DNA of 64,000 bases, taken from positions 1-64,000 of the forward strand of contig CAZFGR010000002.1 in NCBI GenBank assembly GCA_964518475.1, written 5' to 3'. The notes under the pieces were generated by a model. It had not been told where the DNA came from. It saw only the letters and a program-made list of their open reading frames with translations, and did no database searches. Position numbers and translations under genes: made by a program. How positions within the stretch are numbered: position 1 is the first letter of the stretch; every line of letters begins with the position of its first letter. This DNA comes from an uncultured Nitrososphaerota archaeon. GTDB lineage: Archaea > Asgardarchaeota > Njordarchaeia > Njordarchaeales > Njordarchaeaceae. This document shows, one piece after another, positions 41,483-51,410 of this stretch.

Positions 41483-43045
41483 TTACTCGAACTCTATTGT
41501 TGCGGGTGGTTTATGAGTGATGTCGTAAACTACTCTATTTACCCCCTCAATCTCATTCGTGATCCTTCTAGCAACGTGCTCTAGAAAGTCCCATGGAAGC
41601 CTAGCAAACTCCGCTGTCATAGCGTCTTCGCTTTTAACAGCTCTAATAGCTACTATGTACTCATAGGATCTAGCATCTCCCTTCACTCCAACAGCCTTAG
41701 AATCGAGAACTACTGGAAATATCTGCCACAGATCATCATAGACTCCCCATTTCTTCGCCTCTTCCTCGACGATCTTATGTGCCTTTTTAGCAATCTCCAA
41801 TTTCTCCTTTGTTACCTCTCCAAGAATCCTCACCAATAATCCTGGGCCGGGGAACGGGTGACGGCCCCAAACATCCTTAGGAATTCCAAGAATTCTCGCT
41901 ATCTCTCTAACTTCGTCTTTATAGAAATCGGCTAGGGGCTCCAACTTTTTAAGGGCGGATATTCTCGGCATCACCACATTATGATGACTCTTAATCTTGT
42001 CCGTTGTTTTACCAGTTGCTCCGCTCTCAACCCTATCTGGATAAATAGTTCCCTGCGCTAAAAATTCAAACTTGCCAAACTTTTTCTCGAGCTCTTTAGC
42101 GGTTTCCTCAAGCGCTTCTGCATAGATACGGGAAAAAATCTTTCTTTTCTCCTCAGGATGCGCCACACCGATAAGATTTCTGAGAAATCTTTGCGAAGCG
42201 TCTACGTAGTGAACATTTTTAAATCCGAGACGTTTAAGCATGCTCAAAACCCACTCGGCTTCTCCTTCACGCATGAATCCCGTATTTATGAAGACTAGAT
42301 GAAGATTATCCCCTATAGCCTTGTGAATAAGCTTAGCAGCCACGGTAGAATCGACACCACCACTAGCAGCTAATAAAACACGAGAATTACCCACTATGCG
42401 TCTTATCTCCTCTATCTTCCTCTCAACAATATCCTTCATTACCCAGTTTCTTCTGAAACCGCATATATCTAGGAAATTATCTAGAATCTTTAACCCAAAC
42501 TCCGTATGCTTAACCTCAGGATGAAACTGAACCCCAAAGACTAGTTTGTCCAAGGATTCGTAAGCAGCTATGGGACAGTTCTCAGTTTTACCAATCACTT
42601 TAAAGCCTTTAGGCAGACCGGTGACAAGGTCTCCATGACTCATCCAGACCCTTACTCTCTTGGGCAAACCCCTAAGTAAAAGACTATCGCTTATAACCTC
42701 TAAGACTGCTGGACCATATTCCCTCTTCTCACTCTTCTCGACACGACCTCCGAATAAGTGAGCTAGCAATTGATGACCATAGCATATCCCTAGTATGGGA
42801 ATACTGTGTTCAACTAAGTAATTCAAGATATCGCTATCTAACCTAGGAGCATTATCCTCGTGAATACTTCTAGGACCTCCTGATAGTATTATCCCTCGAA
42901 TATCACCTTTCTCAAAGAGGGTTTCACTAATAGAATCCCAAGGAACTATCTCGGCTAAGACTTTAAGCTCCCTTACCCGTCTACAGATGAGATGAGTATA
43001 CTGTGAACCAAAATCCACTATCAAAAGTTTTTCTAAAAGAACCAT
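41483..43045 (-). CDS. guaA: GMP synthase, fused GATase plus ATP-pyrophosphatase
   Basis: DFGSQY, GICYGHQ, QFHPEV, SGGVDS, IKSHHNV, RHPFPGPGL, KPPATIEFE. Confidence 0.96.
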   Translation of the reverse strand: MVLLEKLLIVDFGSQYTHLICRRVRELKVLAEIVPWDSISETLFEKGDIRGIILSGGPRSIHEDNAPRLDSDILNYLVEHSIPILGICYGHQLLAHLFGGRVEKSEKREYGPAVLEVISDSLLLRGLPKRVRVWMSHGDLVTGLPKGFKVIGKTENCPIAAYESLDKLVFGVQFHPEVKHTEFGLKILDNFLDICGFRRNWVMKDIVERKIEEIRRIVGNSRVLLAASGGVDSTVAAKLIHKAIGDNLHLVFINTGFMREGEAEWVLSMLKRLGFKNVHYVDASQRFLRNLIGVAHPEEKRKIFSRIYAEALEETAKELEKKFGKFEFLAQGTIYPDRVESGATGKTTDKIKSHHNVVMPRISALKKLEPLADFYKDEVREIARILGIPKDVWGRHPFPGPGLLVRILGEVTKEKLEIAKKAHKIVEEEAKKWGVYDDLWQIFPVVLDSKAVGVKGDARSYEYIVAIRAVKSEDAMTAEFARLPWDFLEHVARRITNEIEGVNRVVYDITHKPPATIEFE

Positions 43046-43141
43046 CTAAATCACTCCAAAACTCGGAGATTCCGTAACCCTAACCAGTTAACATACTCAT
43101 TTACTAATTCTATGCAGTTGAAATACCACTAATAAATTTTT

Positions 43142-43232
43142 TTAACACAAAATTGTTAAAAGAAACAGATTGCTTAACAAATACGTGTTAAAAAATTATT
43201 TTATTGGGTATTATTTTTCATAAGTATGTTAA
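43142..43232. promoter_or_regulatory. Repeated TTAACA-N6-TGTTAA operators in the divergent guaA/pur promoter
   Basis: Perfect copies at 43142-43159 and 43174-43191; degenerate copy TTTTCA-N6-TGTTAA at 43215-43232. Confidence 0.65.
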
Positions 43233-43257
43233 AAAGGAGTTGTTTTGGGTTTATCTC

Positions 43258-44007
43258 ATGAAAGTTCTCGCGCATAAAGTGAGGAAGTTAGAGCTTATTT
43301 ATGAGGGGAAAGCTAAGAGATTATATGCAACTGATGATCCCGAGAAAATTTTGATAGAGTTTAAGGATGATTTAACAGCTTTTAACGGCAAGAAACACGA
43401 TATTTTACAATCTAAGGGAATACTTAATGCGGCAATTACTAGCAAACTTTTCCAACTCCTAGAGAAAAAAGGTATCAGAACACATTTTATAGAGCAGGTT
43501 GATCCTAGAACAATTCTCGCCGAGAAACTCGATATGATTCCTCTAGAAGTTGTTTGTAGAAATATTGCTTATGGTAGTATCGTTAAACGTGTCCCCCTAT
43601 TCCAGCCAAAAGAAAAACTTAACACCCCCATCATCGAATTCTTCTTAAAAAATGATGCTTTAGGAGACCCCTTCCTTTCCGAAGAGCATATCCTCGCTCT
43701 CGGTATCTTGAAAGAGGAGGAATTAGCGGAGATAAAGAGAATAACAAGGAAGATAAATGATATTCTGAAAAGTTTTCTCAGTCAAGTAGGGATTATTTTA
43801 GTAGATTTTAAGGTTGAGTACGGGAAAAATTCTGAAAAAGAACTTGTTCTCGGTGACGAACTTACAGGAGACACCATGAGACTTTGGGATGCTAAAACAG
43901 GAGCGATTCTAGACAAGGATCTTTACCGCCAAGGAAAGCCACTCACGGAGGTTCTTCGAGCATATCAAGAATGTTATCGCAGGATAGTTCTAGGGGAGGT
44001 GTCCTAG
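43258..44007 (+). CDS. purC: SAICAR synthetase
   Basis: YEGKAK, FKDDLTAFNG, PLEVVCRN, LVDFKVEYG, D.MRLWD, DKD.YR. Confidence 0.95.
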   Translation: MKVLAHKVRKLELIYEGKAKRLYATDDPEKILIEFKDDLTAFNGKKHDILQSKGILNAAITSKLFQLLEKKGIRTHFIEQVDPRTILAEKLDMIPLEVVCRNIAYGSIVKRVPLFQPKEKLNTPIIEFFLKNDALGDPFLSEEHILALGILKEEELAEIKRITRKINDILKSFLSQVGIILVDFKVEYGKNSEKELVLGDELTGDTMRLWDAKTGAILDKDLYRQGKPLTEVLRAYQECYRRIVLGEVS

Positions 44008-44009
44008 AT

Positions 44010-44276
44010 ATGCCTATTTATAAAGTAGAGGTGCTGATCACGAATAAACCTCTGGCAAAGGATCCAGAGGGGGAAACAATACACAGAGACTTGTTATTGA
44101 GGTCGGGTTTTTCCTGTGTTAAGAAGGTTAGAGTAGGCAAGCTCTTGATGATGGATATCGAGGCCGGTAGTGAGGAAGAGGCTAAAGAAAAAGCTTTCAA
44201 GGCATGCAACGATCTCCGCATCTATAACCCAGTAGCCCACACGTATAGGATAGAGATAAGGGGCGTTGAACAATGA
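44010..44276 (+). CDS. purS: FGAM synthase subunit PurS
   Basis: KP...DPEG, VRVGK, NPV; GGAGG SD; directly before purQ. Confidence 0.9.
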   Translation: MPIYKVEVLITNKPLAKDPEGETIHRDLLLRSGFSCVKKVRVGKLLMMDIEAGSEEEAKEKAFKACNDLRIYNPVAHTYRIEIRGVEQ

Positions 44277-44989
44277 ATTTACGCGTAGCAGTCCTAAAAT
44301 TCCCTGGATCAAACTGCGACCTAGACGTTGTCCACGTGCTCAGAAATGTTATCGGTATTCACGCCGAGCTAGTTTGGCATAAAGAATTTACCTCCAATGA
44401 TTGGGATGCCGTTATTCTACCTGGTGGGTTTTCTTATGGGGATTACTTAAGAGCAGGGATAATCGCTGCTCATAGTCCAGCAATGAAACATGTAAAGGAG
44501 ATGGCTAAGGAAGGAAAACCCGTTTTAGGAATATGTAATGGTTTTCAGATACTGGTAGAAGCTGGACTGTTACCAGGTTCTCTTCTCCCTAACAATACGC
44601 TCACTTTCATATGTAAATGGGTCAATATCCGCACCGAAACAAATAGAACCGCCTTTACTCGAAAGATTAAGCCTGGGACAGTTCTCAAGATCCCGATAGC
44701 TCATAAGGAAGGAAGGTACTATATTGATGAGAAGGAGTTGCGAGAGCTTGAAGAGAATGACCAGATAGTATTCCGATACTGTGATGAGAACGGTAATCTC
44801 TCCGAGGATGCGAATCCGAACGGTTCTATAGGGAATATTGCGGGTGTAACAAACCTCGAAGGAAACGTCGTTGGTTTGATGCCTCATCCAGAAAGAGCTT
44901 CTGAGAAAATACTTAGTCCGTACGGAACAGAGGATGGGAAATTACTCTTTCTCTCAATGGTAGAGACCCTCAGGAGGGGTGCTTTATGA
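44273..44989 (+). CDS. purQ: FGAM synthase glutaminase subunit
   Basis: FPGSNCD, PGGFSYGDYLRAG, GICNGFQ, MPHPER. Confidence 0.96.
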   Translation: MNLRVAVLKFPGSNCDLDVVHVLRNVIGIHAELVWHKEFTSNDWDAVILPGGFSYGDYLRAGIIAAHSPAMKHVKEMAKEGKPVLGICNGFQILVEAGLLPGSLLPNNTLTFICKWVNIRTETNRTAFTRKIKPGTVLKIPIAHKEGRYYIDEKELRELEENDQIVFRYCDENGNLSEDANPNGSIGNIAGVTNLEGNVVGLMPHPERASEKILSPYGTEDGKLLFLSMVETLRRGAL

Positions 44990-47196
44990 TCCCAGAATAT
45001 GTCAGCTTGACAGAGGAGGAAGTAAGGCTTATCAGGGAGAAACTTGGTAGGGAACCTAATCTCGTGGAATGGGGAATGTTTGATGTTATGTGGAGCGAGC
45101 ATATCTCTTACAAATCCTCGAAACCTCTCATAAAACTATTACCGACAAAAGCTGATTACGTTATAGTAGGCCCTGGCCAAGACGCTGGCGTGATCGATAT
45201 TGGTGATGGATACGCAATAGTTCTCAAGATAGAGTCTCATAACCACCCATCCGCTATTGATCCATATAACGGTGCAGCTACTGGGGTTGGTGGAATCATC
45301 AGGGATATACTGGCCATGGGTGGGAAACCAATAGCTCTTCTAGACTCTCTCAGGTTCGGTCCTCCAACAGATCCTCACTGTGTATGGCTTCTGAAAAATG
45401 TTGTTCGTGGGATAGCTGATTATGGAAACTGTATAGGTGTACCCACGGTAGCGGGAGAAGTAGAGTTTGATGAGAGTTTTAGAGTGAACTGTCTCGTAAA
45501 TGTTGGTTGTGTAGGTTTAGCGAGAAAAGATCATATAATCCCGAGTAGGTTCATTGATGAGGGAGACTTAATAATAGTGGTTGGTGGATCAACTGGAAGA
45601 GATGGAATAAGAGGAGCTAGTTTTGCATCAAAAACGCTCGGACCAGAATCTGAAAGCGATAGACCAGCTGTTCAGGTAGGAGATCCATTCACAGAAAAAC
45701 TGCTTATAGATGCGATGGTGGAGGCTATTGAGAAGGGATATATCAAGGCAGCAAAGGATCTTGGTGGAGGAGGACTAACATGCGCAGTAACCGAGATGGC
45801 CGCTGATGGTGATAAAGGTGTCGAGATCGAGATCTCTAATCTCCATCTCAGAGAGGAAGGTATGACTCCCTATGAAATAATGCTTAGTGAGTCCCAGGAA
45901 AGGATGCTTATCTCTATTCATCCAAAGAACCTTGAGAATGTGAAAAGGATCTTTGAGAAATACGATTTACCCTACGCTATTCTGGGTAAAGTAACGAATA
46001 CGGGAAGAGTAATTGTGAAGTTTCATGGTGAAGTCGTGGCTGATCTCCCAGCAAAACTAGTGGCAAAAGCGCCAGTTATTGAGAGAAAAGCTAGAAAACC
46101 AGAATATATAGATGAGTTGAGGAAGATAGAAAAACCGGAACAACCAGATGATCTATCAGATACTATTCTCCGACTCCTCTCGTCTCCCAATATAGCTTCT
46201 AAGGCCTGGGTATACACGCAATACGATCACGAAGTAGGTGTTAGAACCGTAGTTAAGCCGGGTCAAGGAGATGCTGCGGTTTTGAGGATTCATGAAATTG
46301 AAAAAGCTGTAGGAATTACAATAGATGGTAATTCTAAACATACTTATCTTGATCCATATAATGGAGCCGCTGGCTCTCTAGCTGAGGCTTGTAGAAACTT
46401 GGTTGCTGTTGGGGCTAAGCCTTTAGCATTTGTGGATGAAGCCAATTTTGGAAATCCTGAAAAACCAGAAATCTTCTGGCAATTCTCTCAAGCATTCCAT
46501 GGCTTATCCATGATGGCTAAGGGACTAAACATTCCCTGCGTAGGAGGAAAAGTAAGCTTCTATAACGAGGACGAGACCACGGGAACCAGTGTTAAACCCA
46601 CCATGGTAATCGCAGCTGTTGGAATAATCGAAACCTATAACTGGATAAGAACAATGGATCTTAAAGAGCCGGGAAATCTCATAGGAATTGTTGGAGTAAC
46701 AAAGGGAGATATGGGTGGCTCTGAGTATTACTATTGGATACACAAGATTGTTGGTGGGGAACCGCCTAAAGCTGATCCGTATCTAGAGAAGTCCTCGATG
46801 AACTTCGTTCTAGAAGGCATTAAGAGAGGATATATTGTATCTGCCCACGATATCTCGCATGGAGGATTCGCTACAGCGATCTGCGAAATGGCTGTAAAAG
46901 GAAATAAGGGAGTTATCATAGACTTAGAAAAGATTCCTCACGAGAAAGGATTGAGACTCGATGAAATATTGTTCTCCGAGAGCTATGCAAGATTCCTTGT
47001 AGAGATTAGACGAGATTCTGTCAAAGATCTCATTAAACTAGCTCGTGAAAAATCCGCCATCTTTGGATTAATAGGTAGAGTCACAAGTGAAAAGAATGTA
47101 GTAATGCATTACGGAGAGAAAAAGATCGTTCTAAACCTAAGAGATGCTAGAGACTCTCTAGAGAATGGTTTAAAGAAGCATCTGAGAGGTGTTTAG
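44986..47196 (+). CDS. purL: FGAM synthase synthetase subunit
   Basis: WSEH.SYKSS, ESHNHPS, GAATGVGGIIRD, SESQERM, QYDH.V. Confidence 0.97.
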   Translation: MIPEYVSLTEEEVRLIREKLGREPNLVEWGMFDVMWSEHISYKSSKPLIKLLPTKADYVIVGPGQDAGVIDIGDGYAIVLKIESHNHPSAIDPYNGAATGVGGIIRDILAMGGKPIALLDSLRFGPPTDPHCVWLLKNVVRGIADYGNCIGVPTVAGEVEFDESFRVNCLVNVGCVGLARKDHIIPSRFIDEGDLIIVVGGSTGRDGIRGASFASKTLGPESESDRPAVQVGDPFTEKLLIDAMVEAIEKGYIKAAKDLGGGGLTCAVTEMAADGDKGVEIEISNLHLREEGMTPYEIMLSESQERMLISIHPKNLENVKRIFEKYDLPYAILGKVTNTGRVIVKFHGEVVADLPAKLVAKAPVIERKARKPEYIDELRKIEKPEQPDDLSDTILRLLSSPNIASKAWVYTQYDHEVGVRTVVKPGQGDAAVLRIHEIEKAVGITIDGNSKHTYLDPYNGAAGSLAEACRNLVAVGAKPLAFVDEANFGNPEKPEIFWQFSQAFHGLSMMAKGLNIPCVGGKVSFYNEDETTGTSVKPTMVIAAVGIIETYNWIRTMDLKEPGNLIGIVGVTKGDMGGSEYYYWIHKIVGGEPPKADPYLEKSSMNFVLEGIKRGYIVSAHDISHGGFATAICEMAVKGNKGVIIDLEKIPHEKGLRLDEILFSESYARFLVEIRRDSVKDLIKLAREKSAIFGLIGRVTSEKNVVMHYGEKKIVLNLRDARDSLENGLKKHLRGV

Positions 47197-47198
47197 TC

Positions 47199-48611
47199 TT
47201 GCTCAAGGAGAAATGTGGAGTCATAGCTATTTTTGACCATTCTGGTAAGAATGTTGCTAAGGATCTCTACGAGGGATTAATTGCGCTTCAGCATAGAGGA
47301 CAAGAGAGTGCTGGGGTCGCAACCTCTAACGGGGAATCTATAGCCTTTGTTAAAGGCCTAGGACTGGTGACAGAAGCTATCAAGATTTACCAATTGGATT
47401 ATCTGAATGGTTTTGCAGGAATAGGTCACGTTCGTTACAGCACAACTGGTGAAATCTCTATTAGGGATACTCAACCGCTAATATATTATATTAATGAAGA
47501 AATATATTTTGCTATAGCGTTTAATGGAACAATTTCTAATTATTACAAACTTAAAAAGAAGCTATCCAAGAATGGTTTTGAGTTCTATACCGATACAGAT
47601 ACAGAAGTTCTAGCCGCACTAATTTCGTATTATTGGCGTGAGACTAGGGATTTCTTCGAAGCCTTGAAAGAGTCAGTGAAGAGTATTGAGGGAGCTTATT
47701 CATTAGTATTGCTGACTAATAATGGTGAATTATACGCTATGCGTGATCCTCTCGGTTTTAAACCACTGGTTCTTGGAGAGAAAAACGAGAGATTAATTAT
47801 AGCTTCTGAAAGCGCGGCTGTAGAGAGTATTAAGGGTCGTTTTCTCAGAGATGTTGAGCCGGGAGAGATCATAAGCATCTCCGACGGTACTGTTACAAGG
47901 AAAGTTGTTATAAGAAGAGACAAGAGAGCCCATTGCATGTTCGAGTATGTTTATTTTTCCCGCCCAGACTCCGTTATCAATGGTCGATTGGTATATGATG
48001 TCAGGTTTAAACTCGGAGAAACTTTGGCCAGACTCTACCCAGTTGACGCTGATATAATAGTTCCCGTACCAGACACCGGAGTAATAGCTGCTCTAGGATA
48101 CTCAAAAGTTTCCGGTATCCCCGTGGCGATGGGGCTTATCAGGAATCCGTACGTGGGTAGGACATTCATAAAGCCGAAGCAGAATCTACGAGAGCTATCT
48201 GTGCAGTTAAAGCTAGGGGCCGTTAAAGATGTTGTCGCTGGAAAAAGCATTGTTTTGATCGATGATAGTATTGTACGGGGAACCACTATTAAATGGATTA
48301 TAAAGTTGTTAAGAAGTGCTGGGGCTCGGGAAATCCATGTAAGGATTACGTGTCCTCCAATAAGATACCCCTGCTACATGGGTATAGATTTCCCTATGAG
48401 GAGGGAACTCATCGCCGCTAATCATAGTGTAGATGAGATTAGAGAAATTATTGGTGCTGATTCTCTTGGTTACATGACTATTGAAGGGCTTGTCAAAGCT
48501 ATTGGGTTAGGTGAGAATAGGTTATGTCTAGCCTGTCTCACTGGGAAGTACCCTATTAAGGGGATCCAAATCCCCATTCTAGAAAAAGTTTTTGGGAGGG
48601 AACAGATATGA
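47199..48611 (+). CDS. purF: Amidophosphoribosyltransferase, catalytically intact
   Basis: Short propeptide then CG, QHRGQ, GHVRYST, NG, DDSIVRGTT, Fe-S Cys including CLAC. Confidence 0.95.
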   Translation: MLKEKCGVIAIFDHSGKNVAKDLYEGLIALQHRGQESAGVATSNGESIAFVKGLGLVTEAIKIYQLDYLNGFAGIGHVRYSTTGEISIRDTQPLIYYINEEIYFAIAFNGTISNYYKLKKKLSKNGFEFYTDTDTEVLAALISYYWRETRDFFEALKESVKSIEGAYSLVLLTNNGELYAMRDPLGFKPLVLGEKNERLIIASESAAVESIKGRFLRDVEPGEIISISDGTVTRKVVIRRDKRAHCMFEYVYFSRPDSVINGRLVYDVRFKLGETLARLYPVDADIIVPVPDTGVIAALGYSKVSGIPVAMGLIRNPYVGRTFIKPKQNLRELSVQLKLGAVKDVVAGKSIVLIDDSIVRGTTIKWIIKLLRSAGAREIHVRITCPPIRYPCYMGIDFPMRRELIAANHSVDEIREIIGADSLGYMTIEGLVKAIGLGENRLCLACLTGKYPIKGIQIPILEKVFGREQI

Positions 48612-49921
48612 GCGGTTTGATAGGTATTTTCGCCTTCGACGAATTATGGAACGTGTCCCGTATACTTTATTATGGCCTACTCGGCCTACAACATAGGGGA
48701 CAAGAAAACGCTGGAATAGCCACCTCGAATGGAGAGACTATCCAAGTATTTAAGGGAGAAGGATTAGTTGAGCAAGTATTTCGCGAAAAGATCCTTATGG
48801 AACTGCGTGGATGGTACGGTATTGGAGCTGTCAGTGCTGATCCTAACGATAAACAACCAGTAATGGTAAGTGATGATTCCAAGCAAGTAGCTCTTGTATT
48901 TTCCGGAAAAATATTGAATAAACAAGAACTAGCGGCGAAGTATAATGTTAATACAGAGCTTATTGATGCTGATTTCGTAGCTACATGTCTACTTAAAGAG
49001 TATAGTGAGACCAGAGATTTCTACGAGGCTGGATTGAACCTAGTTAAAAATCTGAGAGGAATAAGCAATATCATCGCGATTAATAATGCGGGCGAGATGA
49101 TAGTTTATAGGGATGAATTCGGCCTGAAGCCTCTCGTAGTAGGTAGTTTTGGGTTTGATTACGGAGCTTTCGCATCCGAGAGCTGTGCCATAGACGTTAT
49201 TGGTGCTGACCTGAAAGGTGATGTTCATCCTGGGGAATTCTATTACCTCAACCAATACACTGTAGAAAGAAAACAAGTTAAGGAGCCTCGTCCAAAGTAT
49301 TGTGCTTACGAATATGTATACTTAGCGAGACCCGATTCAAGGATAAACGGTGTTTGGATCTATGATGTCCGGAGAAAAATTGGTGAGATTCTTGCTGAGA
49401 AGTATAGAGTAGATGCTGATGTGGTTGTGGGGATTCCAGATACAGCTATACCATTCTCGATGGCGTATGCCAATAAGACGAATACCCCTGTTGAACTCGG
49501 TTTTATATCAACTGGTAGGAAGATTAGGACGGCTATAAAGCCTAACCAATTCGAGAGATTAATCGGTGTACAATTGAAGCTTAATCCTATAAAACCAGTT
49601 TTCAGGAATAAGAGAGTTCTGATTATAGATGATAGCGTTGTTAGGGGCACGACTACAAAGAATACTGTTTCACTTCTAAGGAATAGGATAGGTGCGAAGG
49701 AAGTTCATATCCGGGTCGGAAGCCCTAGGATAGTGAGCGGATGTCCCTACGGGGTAGAGATTCCACCAGAGGATGAGTTAATAGCTGCTCATTTGAGTGA
49801 AGAAGAAGTAGCTACTGTGGTTGGTGCTGATTCTTTCTGCTGGATAACGAATGATGATTTGGTTAAGGCAATTGGTTTGAGAAAAGAGAATATCTGTTTG
49901 AAATGTTTTGGAGGTGAATAA
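48608..49921 (+). CDS. PurF paralogue lacking glutaminase residues
   Basis: QHRGQ, RPDS, DDSVVRGTT and CLKC are retained. The N-terminal Cys is replaced by Ser, and GHVRYST and NG are lost. Confidence 0.88.
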   Translation: MSGLIGIFAFDELWNVSRILYYGLLGLQHRGQENAGIATSNGETIQVFKGEGLVEQVFREKILMELRGWYGIGAVSADPNDKQPVMVSDDSKQVALVFSGKILNKQELAAKYNVNTELIDADFVATCLLKEYSETRDFYEAGLNLVKNLRGISNIIAINNAGEMIVYRDEFGLKPLVVGSFGFDYGAFASESCAIDVIGADLKGDVHPGEFYYLNQYTVERKQVKEPRPKYCAYEYVYLARPDSRINGVWIYDVRRKIGEILAEKYRVDADVVVGIPDTAIPFSMAYANKTNTPVELGFISTGRKIRTAIKPNQFERLIGVQLKLNPIKPVFRNKRVLIIDDSVVRGTTTKNTVSLLRNRIGAKEVHIRVGSPRIVSGCPYGVEIPPEDELIAAHLSEEEVATVVGADSFCWITNDDLVKAIGLRKENICLKCFGGE

Positions 49922-49924
49922 GTC

Positions 49925-51400
49925 GTGAAAGTCTTGATCGTGGGTGGAGGATCTCGAGAACATGCCATAACGGATGCATTTTATAGAAGCACTCATGATC
50001 CAAGGATCTACGCAATCTCCAGCAACGCCAATCCAGGAATCCTAAGAATATGTAAAGAAACTGGAGGAGAACTAATAAAAGGAAAAATAACAGACCCTGT
50101 ATTCGTTGCTGACACCGCAGAAAGAATAGGTGCTGATCTAGTCTTTATCGGTCCCGAAGAGCCCTTATTCCATGGAGTACCAGACAAACTAGAAAATCGG
50201 GGGATACCAGTTATCGGTTTAAATAGTAAGGCTAGTGAGATAGAGAAGTCCAAAGCCTTTATGAGACAATTAATGTGGAAGTACAAGATCCCCGGAAGAC
50301 TAAGATTTAAGGCCTTCAAATCCATCGAAGATGCACTCGCATATATAGAGGAGTATGCTGAAAGCGTAGCTATTAAACCAGCTAGACAAGCTGGTGGAAA
50401 AGGAGTTAAGGTAATAGCGGATATCCAAGCCTATCTCCGAAAAGTCAAGGAGGAGATAAAGAAGAAACATACGGAGAGAATATTTTCCAGTATAATGGCT
50501 AAGTACAGGGATATAGAGGATAAAATCCTAATAGAGGAGAAAGTGGAGGGGCCAGAGTATACAATACAATGCATAACAGATGGTGAAACAGTCCTAGCAT
50601 TCCCACCAGTTCAGGATAATAAGCACGCCTTTGAGATGGAGATGGGGCCCGAGACTGGTGGAATGGGTTCTATTTCTGGTCGCGGAAACATGCTCCCATT
50701 CCTGACTAAGGAGGAGTATAGGGAATCTATAAAGATAATAGAGAGTGTCGTTAAGGCTCTTAGGAAAGAGATTGGTCAGGAGTTTAGAGGCGTGATCTCT
50801 GGGCAAATGATGCTTACAATGGTGTGGGGGCCAACAATAATAGAGTTCTATGCGCGTTTCGGAGATCCTGAGGGCGTGAATGTTCTCCCATTACTAGAAA
50901 CTGATATGATTGATATCTGTGAAGCTATTCTGAGTAAGAAGCTCCACAAAATCAAACTACGGTTTAGGGATAGGGCGACAGTGGTTAAGGCGATAGCTCC
51001 TAGAGGGTATCCAAATAGGAGAGATCTAGCTAGGAATCATCCATTGATTGTTGATGAGGATAAAATAGGGAAGCTTGGTGGACGAGTCTTTTATGGTTCC
51101 GTAGATCTTGTCAATGGTAAAATGCTGACTGGTGGATCTAGGGCTGTGGAAATTTATGCTGAGGGCGAATCTATCGAAGAGGCTGCTGAAATAGCTGAGA
51201 AGTGCGTAGCTTTCGTGCGAACCGAGGATGGTTGGGGATTATTCCACCGAAGCGATATCGGATCCCCCTTCTCTCTTAGGAGAATGATTGAATTGGCCGA
51301 ACTTGTTCGTTCTGTTTACACTTATCGTAAATCTCGTGGCATTCTCGGCAAATATATTGATTGGATTCCCGGTCGTGGAAAAATTGTTTATGAATTCTAG
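49925..51400 (+). CDS. purD: Phosphoribosylamine-glycine ligase
   Basis: GGGSREHA, NPG, IGPEEPL, E.SK, GGKGV, GPETGGMG, RFGDPE. Confidence 0.95.
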   Translation: MKVLIVGGGSREHAITDAFYRSTHDPRIYAISSNANPGILRICKETGGELIKGKITDPVFVADTAERIGADLVFIGPEEPLFHGVPDKLENRGIPVIGLNSKASEIEKSKAFMRQLMWKYKIPGRLRFKAFKSIEDALAYIEEYAESVAIKPARQAGGKGVKVIADIQAYLRKVKEEIKKKHTERIFSSIMAKYRDIEDKILIEEKVEGPEYTIQCITDGETVLAFPPVQDNKHAFEMEMGPETGGMGSISGRGNMLPFLTKEEYRESIKIIESVVKALRKEIGQEFRGVISGQMMLTMVWGPTIIEFYARFGDPEGVNVLPLLETDMIDICEAILSKKLHKIKLRFRDRATVVKAIAPRGYPNRRDLARNHPLIVDEDKIGKLGGRVFYGSVDLVNGKMLTGGSRAVEIYAEGESIEEAAEIAEKCVAFVRTEDGWGLFHRSDIGSPFSLRRMIELAELVRSVYTYRKSRGILGKYIDWIPGRGKIVYEF

Positions 51401-51410
51401 GTGGTGGATT

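Noticed and set aside
51288-51410. Hydrophobic N-terminal extension of PurT in the ORF track
   Set aside because: Overlaps purD; the true start is the ATG at 51411 with an SD.
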